Below the pieces are notes generated by a model that worked only from the letters and a program-made list of their open reading frames with translations, made no database searches and was not told where the DNA came from. A program made the position numbers and the translations under genes. Shown one piece after another: positions 50,010 through 64,000 of a stretch of DNA of 64,000 bases. Each line of letters starts with the position of its first letter. Positions within the stretch are counted from its first letter, which is position 1. The stretch is from Lama glama (Eukaryota): NCBI GenBank assembly GCA_028534125.1, contig CM052817.1, positions 42,100,001-42,164,000 on the forward strand, in the 5' to 3' direction.

Positions 50010-50495
50010 CTGGGCTAATTTGGGTTCCCATAAAGCAGAGACAGAGACAAGGGTGCCACTAGTTTATCTGACTGGGAGTGGGAAGGGGTTCTGGTTAGAA
50101 GTTAGAAGAATGAGGCAGGGATGAAGGGAAGGTTTTCAGAGGGCGTCAGTAGTACTGAGTTGGTTTCTGCTTGTGCACTTGGAGCCCGGTTCTACTGGTG
50201 ATCCTCTGAGGAACCGTGTAGAAAGCACTCAGAATTGTTCCTCCAGGGGATGGGAGACCAAGAGACCAGGTCATCTGTCTAGTGACTCTCCTCCTCAACT
50301 GACTGAGGGTTGTCCTTGGGAGAATTAACTCCACCCAGCTTCTGGGCTGCCCCTTGTGTGAACAGAGTGAAGAAAGGTGATGTGATACAGCAGGGACTTG
50401 AAGGGACTTGGGGTACTTGCAGCTGACATAGGATCTGTTCACCACAGCTTCCGCTGACATCCAGGAGGAACTGGAGAGATGTGCCCAGGGCACTT
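50010..50495. mobile_element. Ancient MaLR LTR (MLT1I/J-like)
   Basis: ttgggttccc...gagacaagg...ctctgaggaaccgtgtagaa...ctcagaattgt. Confidence 0.55.
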
Positions 50496-51599
50496 GTTCA
50501 AATATTACCCAGAAAATATTCAAAAGAGAGCAACCAATTGCCAAATTCATCTCATCAATAAGTACCTTAACTGTTGACCTGACATGGCTAAGCAAGTGTT
50601 TGCTTTTTCACAAATTCAAGTTAAGTTGCTCTGAGTTCTTCCAAATTCTAGAGCAGTCAGATATATCTATATCTTTATGTCTGTCTATGCATCTATGTTT
50701 CTGTTGATCCAGTCAAGTTTTCATTTATGTTGCACTGATTTTGAGTTAATGACGTGTATTACTGAAGTAATAATTATATGTTAATTCTTAAATAATGTAA
50801 TTGACAGTTAATTAAATTGATCCTTGTAAGGAAATTGTTCCTCTTTACACCTGTGTGTGTATCTCTGGTACAAAAGCTGGGATTGTCTTGTGATTTCAAG
50901 ATGGTGATTATCCTGTTGTGGTTTACTCTACAAGAGTGACGTTGGGTCCTCATAGGTCACAAAGTGCATTCTCTTTTGAACAATGCTATTGACAGGGAAA
51001 GAGGACAGTCAGGAAGAGAATTAAATTTGAAAGCTTAGGTTATTGAGTGGTGGGTGCTGAAGAGAACTTCTCTCTAGGAAGCCAGCCAGAATCTGGATAG
51101 GATGAGCAATTTAAACTCCAGAAAAAAATTCATCATGTATAGTCCAGATTCTCTGGATTCAATTTCTTTCTGTGTATTTTGTTGCTGCCCTCCCACATTA
51201 AATAAAATCTGGTTAAGATGTTGTAGACCATGTCCATCATGCTCATCAAGTAGAAGGTTTAGTGTTCACAATTGGCCCTTAATGTTAAAGGCCAGGAGCA
51301 TCCATATCTTATGACCTGGTGCTAGTTTATGAGTAAGGGAATCTCCAGGAGGGATCTCTAATCCACACTGAGGAGACTTCCCCTTTCTTTGTCTTTTGTT
51401 AAAGAAGCTAGTAATTTCCTACAGGGTCTCACTAAGAATAGTTAAGGGTCTCCTTAATTATCATTTCACCTTCTACAACAGTTCATTTAATTCATCTGTT
51501 TTCTAAATCACATTGATTCAAAACCATCTCTTGCACTGAAATAACAAATGTAAGGGTTTAATTCTTCTCAATACATTGTTTATTTTAGTGATGTGTTCA

Positions 51600-52430
51600 A
51601 ACACTTGCAATCAGGAATTAGCTCAGACGCTGGTCTTATTAACATGTTTATAAACAATGTGGAAAAGGGAGTGTTCACAATGAAGTCACCAAGTTTGCCA
51701 ATAACCCTAAACTCTTCTTGTTAATAAAATTCCAAGCAGATAGGGATAAAGAAATCTTATGAAGCTGTGTTAATGGACATAAAATTGATAGATGAATCTC
51801 AAAAAGGAGAAAGATAAGATAATGAGCCAATGCATTTAGGAAGAAAATAATCCAAGCTATGCTTGCAGAGTAATGGGCTTGTATCTGTCCGTTACAACTC
51901 AGGGATCATTGTCGACTCTTCTCTGAGGACAATGAGGATTCTATTAAAGGCTGATGAAGTTCTGACAATTGCCAGGAAAGGAGGGGAAACAAAATAAAAT
52001 ACAGCATCCTCCTCTTACAGACAATCATGACTCAGATGTGCCTGTTATTTACAGGTCTGGTCATTATATTCAAGACAATAATGAAAAAGGAAACACTAAA
52101 AGGTAAGACACCTGAAACAACCAAGATGAATGGCAATGCTGGCACATGAATGTAGACTAAAAAGATGTAGTTTCCAACACAGAATGGCAAAGTTTGAGAG
52201 AAAATAGAGCCAAAACTTTCAAAATCCCTAAGGATTCTATTTTTTTATATGAAAACTGGGTAACTCTCTTAAAAGATGCAAAATAAAGACAAAAAACAAA
52301 GGAATTTTTAATTGATAGATTCAGCAGAGAGTGAATTTACAAAACTAATTTCCTGGAGAGAAGTTCCTGATGAAAGTAGAATTTCCAAAAAGAACTGAAT
52401 AAACTCTTGTAATATACATTTGAGTTGTTG
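51600..52430 (+). mobile_element. CR1/L3 LINE ORF2 relic
   Basis: aacatgtttataaacaatgtggaaaagggagt...aagtttgccaataaccctaaactc (KFANNPKL, compare CR1 RT KFADDTKL)...atgcatttaggaagaaaataatcc...gggatcattgtcgac. Confidence 0.7.
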
Positions 52431-53077
52431 TTTAAGGGGGAAATCATGACCATGGATTTATTTCTAGCTTTTTAAACTGAATATTCCTATTACCTAACCT
52501 TTGGTGTCCATCAGAGACAAAAAATGAGCAGCTTCTCAGGACCAATAGTTTCATGAGTTGAGAAGTTAAAAATGGAGATGTATAATTAGTACATGAGTTT
52601 CTCAAACATCTGTCACAACGTATTGTTTAGTTCCCATTGAGAAGACAGTGAGCATCTCTGACAGATTTCATCTTTGTAAAACAGAAACATTTCTCAATGT
52701 TTTTCTTTCTTAAGCAAATCAATGAATTCTCAACTGGGGAAAATAAGCCAATATTAGAAAAATTCCTGCTGAAACAACCTGGAAACCCAAGAATTGTTTT
52801 TATGATTCACGTTTATGTGTCTAAAATAACTGGACCGCAACCTCAATTGCTTTGGTACAGTTACTTTTCAATAACTAGTTAAGAGTAGCCTGGGGTAGAA
52901 TCAGTCAACTATAATGTGACTGGCCCTTGGAGTTATTAAAAAACAACTTTAGAATGGTTCATCTGACAGCTGTACATAGTCTACTTCTAAGGAAATTATA
53001 TTTTGCTGGCTACAATCTATTCTCATCTGTCTAAAAATTTTTAAGGATAAACAATAGTAAAAAAAAAAAATCTGAGC

Positions 53078-53292
53078 CAGGGGTCAGTAAACATCTTTTG
53101 AAAAGGTCCAGATAATAAACATTTCAGGCTGTCTGGACCACATGGTCCCTGTTGCAGTTATTCAACTCTGCCAGTGTAGCTCAAAGACAGCGCTAGACAA
53201 TACACAAATAGGTGAAGCTGTTTCTTCCAATAAAACTTTACTTCCAAAAACAGGAACCAGGCCTGATTTGACTTGGTGATCAGCTGACATCT
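53078..53292 (+). mobile_element. MER58A-like hAT-Charlie MITE
   Basis: caggggtcagtaaac...ttcaactctgcc...ccaataaaacttta. Confidence 0.8.
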
Positions 53293-53449
53293 AAAGTAAG
53301 GGGGAGGTGATATTAATGAAACATAGTCTATGCAAGTTAAGTCATCACATGAAAGCATATACTTTATAGGAATCCTCTTTAGCTGGGCTTGTGTATCCAG
53401 CAGGCCTTTACTTTCAAGACCTGTGCTGCTCTTTCCAAGGTTTTCTATT

Positions 53450-53640
53450 GGAAAGGGTTTGGGATTTGCAGTCAGAGGGCCTGGGCTCAGGTCCTGCTCT
53501 TTCATCTGCTACTTGTGTGACCTTGAGCAAGAAGCTTAACTTTCCTAATTCTTGGTTCTTTCCTTATAAAATGAGACTGCAATCATGTTTTGCCGTGAGA
53601 ACTAAATGAGATAATATTACTGAGAAGAATTTTGCAAAAA
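53450..53640 (+). mobile_element. MIR SINE
   Basis: gcagtcagag...tgtgtgaccttgagcaag...tataaaatgag...tgagaactaaatgagataat. Confidence 0.75.
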
Positions 53641-56600
53641 AAAAACCCAAAAAAATCACCTATAAATACTTAAATTGAGAAGTACTGCTTATCCTGGGTT
53701 GTTAGTTAACAAGTGCCATTTTCCTCCCTGTGAATATTTTCACAGGCTGATTAGCTTCATGTACTTCCCATAAATGAGAAGGACGTTCATCCAAGGAGAA
53801 TGTGGCAATATAATTTACCTCACTATTAGAGTTCAGTTATGCATTCATCATAAGATTTTAAGAAATGTGCACTTACAGAGAAAAAGAAACCCTAGAATTT
53901 GTAAAAAAAAAAAATAAGAAAAGTTGCAGTAGGTGATATAATTATTCAAACTTAAGAAGAAAAGATACTAGAAGGCAAGAAATTAGAGAAAATAAAATAA
54001 GTAGAAGGTGAAAGATAACTCAAGGGGAAAAATCAAGATAGGGCCAATAATGGTAGTTTAGGGGGGAAGTATTAAAAAGGCAAAATTAATAAAAGTAGAT
54101 CTAGTTTAAGGTGAAGACCAGAGTCTGCAGGCAAAGCACTGAATAGGGAGTTTGCAGCTCTGGGTTTATCTGTCTTCGTTACCAGTGTGACCACTTTGCC
54201 TTCTATACTTTGTTTTAGTTATTACACTTGAGACTTTCCTATTTCTATCTGTATTTACTGACAGGCATCCGAAAATAAAGACCAGGGAAGCATTTCAAGT
54301 AATAGCCCACAGTTCTATTGGTTCTGCATTTCTAATCAGAGAAAGCTTCCTTGAGAAAAATGACGCCCATGTGCCCTGACTACAAAATGAGTTAAGATAA
54401 ATGAAGATTAAATAACAGACTTGTTAATCAGGATTTGGGGTAGACTTAAATTTTCACAGTCCATTTTCTCGCTCTCACTTTTCTCGCGCTCTCGAGCCTG
54501 TATTCCTGCTAATACATTCTCACAACACACATCCACACCCACGCACGCCTGTCATACTTTCTCTACCCAGATGGATGAAATGGACTGAAGTTGGGTGCAC
54601 CAATGTGTCTTTTATAATCAGTATTCACTGTCTCAGAGTCAGACAAATGAGGAGAAAATAGAACACATTCTTTTTTTTTTTTTTTGAAAGCATAGAGAAA
54701 TGACATTCCTATTTTTCCTCTTGGTATGGCTCAAACTAACCTATCTAGGTACCACGTTTATATTAAGTGGATATTCAGTTCTGCCATCTGGCAAACAGAA
54801 GGTTAAAAGTAAGACTGTTTAAGGAGAAACAAACAATTCAAGAGAGTTTTCTTTTCATCTCAAAAAAGAAGTATTTGAAAAACATCTCCTCACGTTTCAG
54901 TCATTGGATTATATGTGGTCTTGGCCATACTGGCAAAAATATGAAAACACACTGAAGAATTGTATCCTTTGTTAACATGGAGTTGTAGTGGATTCGGAAG
55001 TTTGGGCTTAATGGGAAAGAAAGAACAATTAGATATTGGGAACAAGAAAAATGGGAGTGATTTGATGTGTGAGAGAAAGGAATTCGTTGCTTCAAGGAGA
55101 AGTACTTTGAAAATTCCATGAAACACAATCTACGGTTCCCAAAGATGAAAATCCTCTCCGGGAAAAAAAAATTAAGGTCAAAGTATTAATAACATTTTCA
55201 CATTTTTTCCTGAGTTTAAGAATGGAGAATGTATTTCAGATACTTTCTAAATATCTAGGGGGAAGGATACACGTTCTGGTGGTAATACCATCTCTCTCTG
55301 CTTCATTTTCAGCAATTTCCGTATTATTCTGAAATGAAAAGCCAAATTATATAGGGCTTTCCTCCAGGCCCCAAATCTGCCATCTTAATAAGATCATTTT
55401 GTATTCTTCTTTTACAGAACTTCTTCATTTTCCTTATTGCAGACTTACTTAAGCCCCTTTCAGTAAAAGGAAAAGAATTCCTAGGACTATGCTTTCAGTA
55501 TATGTTCTCCCAAAAGGATTGAAAGAGTCCATCTAAACTCTTTTGTTTTTAATCCATTTAATAGAGAAAGCAAGGAGGCATAAGGGTTGTGGGTTTCACC
55601 CAGTACTCTCCTCACGTTGGGTCAGTTATGGCTGCTACCACCAAATAGAATTAGATAGTACATGTATATGCTCTGAGTTTTAAATTTTATTTTTATAGTA
55701 AATAAAATAAAATTTATACAATATTTTTACAAACTTCTTATTATCTCTATCACCCCAAATCGCTCCTGGGGCAGTATCAGGTTTACAACCATAACAAGAC
55801 CATTATTTCAGTCAGTAACTGAAAGTGTGAAGACATGAAGGGAGGATCTGAATTGGGTTGAAATTTCTTATCTCTAGATTGCTTTGTAGGTAATTATAGA
55901 TACCTGAAGTAATGAAAAACATGCACTTAAGTAAGCTTTGCAGAGCAGCTTGTCAGAGTCTGCTTGCTCAAGAATACCCTGTTTTTGCTCTTTTTTTAAT
56001 GCATTACAGAAGAAACACTCCACTATGGTAACATACGATGAAAGTGACACTGATTTGGAATGTAAATATATGCAGGGTGTTTTAAACCAACAGCATTTCG
56101 TATGTAAAAATACTTTAAATATATATACTATATTTGAAATGCAATTGACAGAGAATAAAACAAGGACAATCATTATATCCTAATTTTTAAAGTGTGTATT
56201 GGAAGAGGTATTCACTCAAGGATATCATTTTTTACTTTGTAATGAAAGAGTAAATATCTTACTCAGTTATTTTTTAGTACTTGGCTATGAAGTGGAGCAG
56301 GTTGAAAAATTAGCTTTTTGTCAGGTTGAATCATACAAAAATCCTGATATTCAGAAGATTTTTAACCTTTTTTTTTTTAACATTTTTAACAGGGTAATTT
56401 TACATAGTTCAACCTAAAATATAGGGCTTCCTCAAAGGAAAAATACCTCTCCAAAAAAGGGATACTTTTTAAAACAGCAGCTCTTTCATGTTTATTATGT
56501 TTTGAATAACTAAGTTAAATTTTATGCTACTTGTAATTTATCAGGTAAATATTTGTTCATACAATTTCCTAGTGCTATTTTCTGGAAATTGGGTGGAAAC

Positions 56601-56689
56601 AGAGTTCACATGAATTTAAGGCTCTATTGTAAACTAATGTCCCTCACATTTTTAAAGTCTTGAATAACAGCCATTGGTTTGTCAGGACA

Positions 56690-57240
56690 GTTTGATAAAT
56701 TTTGTTACATTTTCACACCTGTGTATCTACCACAACCATCAAAATGTAAAACATTTTCTTCACCTCACCTTATTCTCCTGTACAGGCAATGCACCTGCCC
56801 CGCTAAGCAGCCACTGATATGATTTCTATCACTATAGATTAATTTTCCTTTTATAGAACTTATAAAAGTAGAATTATATAGTCTGTACATTTTGCTCCTG
56901 GCTTCAGCCAGAATATAATGTTTAGAGATTCATGCATGTTGTTGTATCGGCAGTTTATTTCTGTTTATTGCCATGTTGTTGTGCTCCATTGTATGAATAC
57001 ATCATGATTTTGTCTATCCATTCACCTGTTGAGGGACATATGGGCTGCCATCAGTTTTTGGGTGTTATGAATAAAGATGCATACTAGTGTGTAAGACTCT
57101 ATGTTTTCATTACTCTTGGGCCAGTACCTAGGAATAGAATTGCTGAATCATATAGTAAAAATAAATATATGTTTAGCTTTATATTAATTGTCAAATTATT
57201 TTTCAAAGTGGTAATACTTTGATTTTCCTGTTTCATAGCC
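56690..57240 (-). mobile_element. Old L1 (L1ME/MC-like) 3' UTR
   Basis: ccactgatatgatttctatcactatagatt...tatccattcacctgttga...tacctaggaatagaattgctg. Confidence 0.75.
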
Positions 57241-57242
57241 TT

Positions 57243-57670
57243 TGTATTAATTTTCTTGTTGCTGCTGTAACAAATTACCATAAATTTAACGATTTAAGAC
57301 AACACATATTTATTATCTTACAGTCTTGGGGTCTTCCAAGTAAAGTCAAGGTGTTGGTTGGGCTGATTCCCTGTGGAAGCTCTGAGGGGAGAATCCATTT
57401 CCTTGCCTTTTCCAGCTTCTAATGGTTGCCTACATGCCCTGGCTCATGAGCTCTGTCTTGCTTCTGCCTTTACTTCTCCTACTGTCTCTTTGATCTCCTT
57501 CCTCCTTCATATGAAGGGCTCCAGATTTACCTGGATAATCCACGATGAACTCTCATCTCGAGATCCTTAATTTAATAATTTGTATAAAGTCCCTTTTGAC
57601 ATGTAACGGCCACAGATTCTGGGAATTAGGACCCAGACATCTTGGTAGGCCATTATTCAGCCTACCACAC
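57243..57670 (-). mobile_element. Solo MaLR LTR (MLT1C/D-like)
   Basis: tgtattaatttt...gctgctgtaacaaattacca...ccattattcagcctaccaca. Confidence 0.8.
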
Positions 57671-59999
57671 CCTCTAACCTTCTAATCAAATAATTTCAGC
57701 TAAACTTACTCATTTACCCAAAACTTTAAGGTGCACGCACACATTCTTTACATACCTTCCTTAAGCTCAATAACTACTAGTAATTGGTGGGTACCATTTG
57801 CCAAATATGGTAGCATTGAGTTGGCAAAAATGTAGGATGATGTAGGATCAGGATGTTTCTTTGTCACTTAAAGGAGATGAAATTCTAATCACCTGTTGGG
57901 AAGAAGACCATCTGAGAGGGACCTGCTGGAGCTTTAGTGGGACCAGAAAAGGCCCAGCTTACTTCCATCCTTTGGAGTCTAAACCTCAGAGGGAGGGTAA
58001 AAGAAAGTTCGGTCAAGTGTGTGGGAATCTCAGAGCAGTCGGGACCATGGGGCTGCTCCTCAGGGTGCAGTCTCCAAATTGCAAAGTTTGGAGACTGTCA
58101 CAATCCAACGTCATGCATGAGTGATAGATTGACCCTGATGAAAATGTCTGATTGATAAGTCCAAGGACAGCCTCTCAGAGCCCCATGCACCCTAGTGGGA
58201 GAGGCAAGAGCTAAATGTAAACCAGTAGTCCCAAAGGGAAATAGGGGTTTATTTACTGATGACTTGAGGCTATGACAGGAAAGACTTGGCTTCTAAGTTA
58301 GGTCAGGCATCAAGTGAGAAAGCAGGACTCAAAGGCAGAATGAAGAAAGCACTCAGCATTGGCTAGTGAGGATGGAGGATGGCATACTTCACAAGCGTTC
58401 CTGTCCTGACCCTGGAGACACACTGTGAGCCTCGTGGAACTTACCTGGGTGGTAAGTTACCTGGGAGGAGAGGGAAAGGGGGAAAAGCATGACATTATAG
58501 GTTTTTAAACCAAAAGAGATCGAGACATATCTGGAAGTGACTGAGCCACCTTGAATTAGGAAGATTAAGTTTTACATTAGAGCAAACTTGAGAGCTAAAA
58601 GAAAATTACCTATAGAAAAATTCAAAAGTACATTTTAGCAAATCTGACTTTGGTTGCCTGAGAGCTTCATGTTCCTTATACAGATAGAAAGTATATAAAA
58701 ATACTGTAACAGGGATGATGGAATGACCGACCAGGCTTGATGGAGACTACTTGGCCATAAATATCTGTTCCTCGAGATTCCAGACGCCTTGTTCTCAGCA
58801 TCATCAGGAATGTTAGCCACCGAGATTTTCTTAGAGTTTAATCTTAGAGGTTAACCTCCCTTATGATCATTGAGAAGATTCTAAGAGTTAGTATTGTGAA
58901 AAGTTGATGGAAAGTCCTATTCACATGTGAAAGGCCACTGTTTTCAATTTTTAAACGACAAAACCATGATTTGTAGCCAAATCAAGGTCTTTTAACTGCT
59001 GTCTAGTTCCTTTTCTATACTATCATATACGTTGTCTTCCATTTCATGAATTCTTCTCTCCTGCACAAGTACTGTAAGATGACAGTATCAGATGATGGTG
59101 AGAAGGAAGGCACTCAGATTCATCAATCTTCAGGTCACACAAAGCCAGGCAATATTAGATGTCTGTCTACTGTTAATAAAAGCTTAAAAATGTGAGTGTC
59201 ACTCGGCTATGGGTATTTTCTGAAGTTCATCATTTTGGCAATTTAATGTGAGGTATTTTATAGGGGAGGGGTGAGTAGGAGAAGACGCTGATCTAACTCC
59301 GTTTCCTGTTGGTAGTAATCCCATTTGTCACTCACCTGCTTGAACTGCTAAAGCCCTTCAGGAGCCTGATTGTGGAAGCCTCCTGTTAAGTGGGAAAAGT
59401 CTCCCCTGCCTCTTAGCAAATCATGGTAAACATGTCAACACATTATGGGATGTGGTAAACTTCTGAATATGTGAACATCTGATGAGGAGATCTTTTTGAT
59501 GGGAACTTGTATGTTGGTTCAATAGGCAGGACTAGTTATCTTCTTGTTTGCTTTCAGGTATCTGAGACAGTTACACACACATGCTGGGATTTGGGGTCAG
59601 CCCTCTGTGAGGTTAATGGAAACACATTTAACGCACGGGTTTTTGAGTCTTCTCCCACTCCTCCTCCTATTTTTAAATGGCAGTCCTGCCTCTGGGATGA
59701 TGCCTAGATATTCTAAAATAGATACACTAAATCCAGTACAAAATGTGGTTAGATTTTTTTTTTTCTGGGTGTTTGCAGCACATTTGTACAAGTTGCGAAA
59801 AGACTTGTTTTGCTGAATTTTCATTAGCACATTCTTAGTGAGATAGTAACATTCAATATCACTGACAAATATATTGGGCATCTCTAGTAAGAGTTTTTCT
59901 AATTATTGGATTTGTAGATATTCAGGAGTTGGCAGAAATTCTAAATACTAATAATTTAAAGAATCCAACTATTACTGTGATGACCCTAATGTTCCAACT

Positions 60000-60245
60000 A
60001 ATAACAACCACAGCTACTTTTTGAGCACTTATATTCCAGGAATTGTTCACAGTGCTTTCCATATGTTACCTTACTAATCACAACAACCCTATGAGGTAGG
60101 TACTGTTATCCTCATTTTAAAGATGAGGCAACGGAGGCACTGAGAGGCTAACCACGTCGCTCTAGGTTATATGGCTGGTGAGTGGTAAAGCTGTAATGTG
60201 AATGGAGTCAGCCAAGCTCCATAACCAGTATTCTTAATCACCATG
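60000..60245 (-). mobile_element. MIR SINE, near full length
   Basis: ttgagcactta...cacaacaaccctatgaggtaggtactgttatcctcatttt...gaggcactgagagg. Confidence 0.85.
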
Positions 60246-60284
60246 TTAATTATGTCCCACTTTCTTTAGTCTTTACTTTTTAAT

Positions 60285-62201
60285 TTAATTTTTTATTATG
60301 ACTTTATTTTTTACAGCAGTTTTTGGTTCACAGAAAAATTGAAAAGACAGTACAGAGATTTTCCATTTACCCCTACCCTGACATGGGCATAGCCTCTCCC
60401 TTATCAATATCCCTCACTAGATGGTATGTTTGTTATAATTGATGAACCTATATTGACACATCATAACCAACAAAGTCCATGGTTTACAAAAGGGTTCACT
60501 CTTGGTGTTGTACATAAATGTAATGACATGTATTCATCATAATGGTATCATTCAGAGTATTTTTGCTGCACTAAAAATCCTCTGTACCCCACCTATTCAT
60601 CCCTTTCCCCCAAACTCATAACCTCTGATGTTTTTCTTGTCTCCATATTTTGCCTTTTCCAGACTGTCGTATAGTTGGAATTATACAGTATAGATAAAGG
60701 CCTATTCATATTGTCTATTTCTTCTTGTGTGAGTTTTAGCAAATTGTGTCTTTTAAGGAATTAGTCTATTTCATCTAGATTATCAAATTTGAATTATTCA
60801 TCTTATTCCCTTATTAGAACTTAGAATATTGATTTTATATTTTCCTTCTTTTCTAATATATTAATTCAACACTATAAATTTCCATCTAAGCACTGCTTTT
60901 GTTGCATCCTATAAATTTTTGTAAGTTCTGTTTTTATTTTCTTTATATTGTATGTTCTTGTTTGATCCCTTTATCATCATGTATTATCTTCCTTTGTCTC
61001 TTGTTTCAGACTTTGTTTTAAATCTAGTTTGTCTGATACAAGTATTGCTACCCTAGATTTCATTTCCATTTATGTGGGATACCTTTTTCCATCCTCTCTC
61101 TTGTAGTCTATATGTGTCTTTATACTTGAAGTGAGTCTCTTGTAGGCAGCATAACTGAATCTGTGTTTTGTATCCAATCAGCCACTCCGTCTTTTGATTG
61201 GATCAGTCTATTTACATTTAAAGTAATTATTGATAGGTATGTACTTGTTGCCATTTTGCCAATTGGTTCTTGTTGTTTTTATATTTCTTTTTTTTTTCTT
61301 TTTTCCTCTTTTGCTCTCTTGTAGCTTGGTGACTATGTTTAGTATTATATTTGAATTCCTTTTCTTTTTTGTTTATGTATCTATTTTAGATTTTTGGTTT
61401 GTGGTTACCATGACCTTTTTATATAGAGACCTACAAATATACACAAGATCATTTTCAGTTGATGATTTCTTAAAATCTAACACAATTTAACAGCCAAGCA
61501 TTTTAACTGGAACCCTCCCAATGTTCATTGTTTTTAACATTATATTTTATATCTTTTTGTTTTGTGAATTCCTTAACTGCTTATTGTGGATGTAGATGAT
61601 TTTAATACTTTCATATTTTAATCTTTCTACTTCATTAGTAAGTGGTTGATCTACTACCTTTAATGTTAATTTGTCTTTATCAATGAGATTTTCCCTTTTA
61701 TAAACTTCAAATTTTAGTTATGGTCTTTTCTTTCCCACTTAGAGAAGTCCCTTTAATATTTCTTTTGAAGCTGGTTTAGTAGTGCTGAATTCTTTTTAGT
61801 GTTTGCTTGTCTCTAAAACTCATTCTTTCTCCTTCAAATCTGAATGATAGCCTTACCAGGTAGAGTATTCTTGGTTGTAGATTTTTCCTTTTCATCACTT
61901 TAAATATATCATGTGACTCATTTCTGGCCTGCAAAGTTTCTGCTGAAAAGTCAACTGATTATCTTACCATAGTTCCCTTGTACATAACTAGTTGTTTTTC
62001 CCTTGCTGTTTTTAAGACTCTCTTTTTATCTTTAACTTTTGCCACTTTAATTATAATGTGTCATAGTGTGAATTCCCTTGGGTTCATCTTGCTTGGGGCT
62101 CTCTGTTCTTCCTGGACCTGGATATCTGTTTCTGTTTTCTGTTGCAGGTTAGGGAAGTTTTCAGCTATTATTTCTTTGAATAAATTGTCTTTTTATATGC
62201 C

Positions 62202-62232
<31 letters not shown>

Positions 62233-63000
62233 GATAGGTAGACATTTTGTACTGGGTAAAAAATAAAAACTGCTGTAAATAAGCCTTGAGTAATGAGGTG
62301 GTAAGGTGTTGGCCAAGGGGAAATACTCTATAGTCTTACAGTTAGGTCTGTCTTTTAGTGAGCCTATGCCTCTGAACTGTGAACTTCACAAGCATTTCTC
62401 AGTTTTTCGCCCTCCTTATTTGGGACAGGGTGACCAGAGTGGGCTGGATTTTTGATAGTTCCCTTCCCTCAGGACAATTAGCCTTTGACAGTACCCCCAG
62501 CAGGTTAACTCTGATTGACTAGTTACCCCCGAAGGCACAGATGCTCTGGCTTGTATCAAGATGATTCCTTTTCCCCTCCCTTTGCCATAAGCACAAGAGA
62601 ATTTTTCTTGATATTTACTGTGGGAACCTGGTCACTGTCTGTAGGTAAATCTCACAATATTTTGGGGCCTCTCCCTATGACTGGGTTCCTCTGAGTTTTA
62701 ACTGTCCTCACTGTACCTCCAGCGAGTCATCAATTACAGCTCAGCTTGTCCTACTCCAGCACTTCTCCCTGTGGTGGTTTCTGCTTGTGAGTCTCTGCTC
62801 CAGTAAGCCATGAGTCCCTGGATTCGCCTGTCTTACTCTCCAGTCCCTGGGAGCAGTGGTTTTCCCTATGTCTTCCTTTTTCTTATGGATCTAGGAAGAA
62901 TTTTTTGATTTTGCAATCTGTTCAGATTTTAATTTGTTGTTAGAACGGAGTGGTGACTTCTGAGCTCTTTATACATGGAACAAGACACTGGAAGTCTAGT
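60285..63000 (-). mobile_element. Composite of old L1 fragments (L1MC-like 3' UTR, ORF2/ORF1-region and 5' pieces)
   Basis: agcagtttttggttcacagaaaaattga...; gtctcttgtaggcagcata; ggtagagtattcttggttg; tctgctgaaaagtc. Confidence 0.8.
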
Positions 63001-63779
63001 CTTTATTTTTGTTTTCCATTTTTCACTAATCTTTCCTAATTTTCTTTCTTGTTCTACTTCTCTCTTTTTTTTATACTCTTACCATCTCCTTTCCTCCTTT
63101 TTTTTTTTTAACTGGTTTCCTTTTCTTCTCATCCTCCTCTTCTCTTCCTTCCTTCTCTTCACCACACTTCTGTTTAAGGTTACATTTTCCAAAGAATTAT
63201 CAATGTAGACAATGTATCACTAAACAGACAAAAGTGTTTGTATCCAAGGTTTTAACTGGAGACTTTAAAGAAGAGAACAGATTAGAATTGTGAGTTCTAA
63301 CATTGGGAGACATAAAGGAGAAGGTATTTTGCCATTTGGGTTGAGACTTCTTCCAAAAGTATTTAAGGCATTGAATTTCAATGGCTATTCAATATTCTGT
63401 TCCCAAATGGCTTTTTTCTTCCTTTTTTTTTCCCCCTGCAAGGAATTATGCGGGGGGAAAAAAAGCAAATGATAAGGCAGGATATAGAGGTGACTCATTA
63501 ACCTTAGGGTAGATTAATGTATGAACAAGACTGGGAGTGGGGAATGACTCAGTGACAAGCAACCCAGGGGAAATCTCCCAAGAGAGAAGGAAAAAGTTAC
63601 TTGAAAGGTGGCCTTCAGGAAAGCTGTTAAAGTAAGGTTTTCAGTAGACAGAATACCTAGGAGGTTTGAATAATAGCTCCCCTGTTCATGCCTAAAGTTT
63701 CTTTATCAGTGATTCTCTTCCCTATTTTAAAATACAAAAATAAAGTATAGGAAATAAACAGGTAATATTCACCCAGGAT

Positions 63780-63985
63780 ATCTCATGTACCAAGTACTTC
63801 CTATGAATTATTTTATCTTCATAATAATCCATGAAGTAGACACAAATATTATCTGCATTTTTCAGATAAAATATCTGGGAAGTTAGGTGTCTTGTCTGAG
63901 AATGTGCAGCAAGGATGTGACGTAGCCAGCATTAAACAGAGGCCATCTGACTCAAAAGTCCAGATCTTAATTCCTGGCTCTGCTA
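63780..63985 (-). mobile_element. MIR SINE
   Basis: ataatccatgaagtag...attatctgcatttttcagat...tctgactcaaaagtcc. Confidence 0.65.
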
Positions 63986-64000
63986 TAATAGAATACCGTA

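Noticed and set aside
57860..58620. Possible ancient LTR
   Set aside because: Composition is suggestive but I could not match any diagnostic family sequence.
1..64000. CRISPR arrays, operons or other prokaryote-type systems
   Set aside because: The sequence is intron-containing mammalian DNA, and no repeat-spacer arrays were seen.

Overview
Mammalian genomic DNA, probably camelid judging by a Vic-1-like tRNA-derived SINE and a camelid-type L1 3' end (both recognised from memory). The only supportable protein-coding gene is PRDM8 on the minus strand. It has three coding exons (13929-13711, 12712-12481, 12083-10453) with canonical GT-AG junctions, giving 693 aa with a PR/SET domain and three zinc fingers. 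It also has a 3' UTR to about 9665, a proximal non-coding exon and promoter near 16.2-16.6 kb, and a probable distal CpG-island first exon near 28.75-29.0 kb. The gene lies in a ~23 kb, nearly transposon-free cluster of CpG islands. The rest of the window (0-6 kb and 31-64 kb) is intergenic, with MIR, L2, CR1, L1, MaLR/ERVL LTR and hAT relics and two 500-N assembly gaps. I found no convincing new multi-gene system. The most interesting lead is the PRDM8 5' architecture: a distal ATG would give either a 71-aa N-terminal extension or an 87-aa uORF depending on splice choice. This is an unvalidated inference from splice motifs and reading frames.
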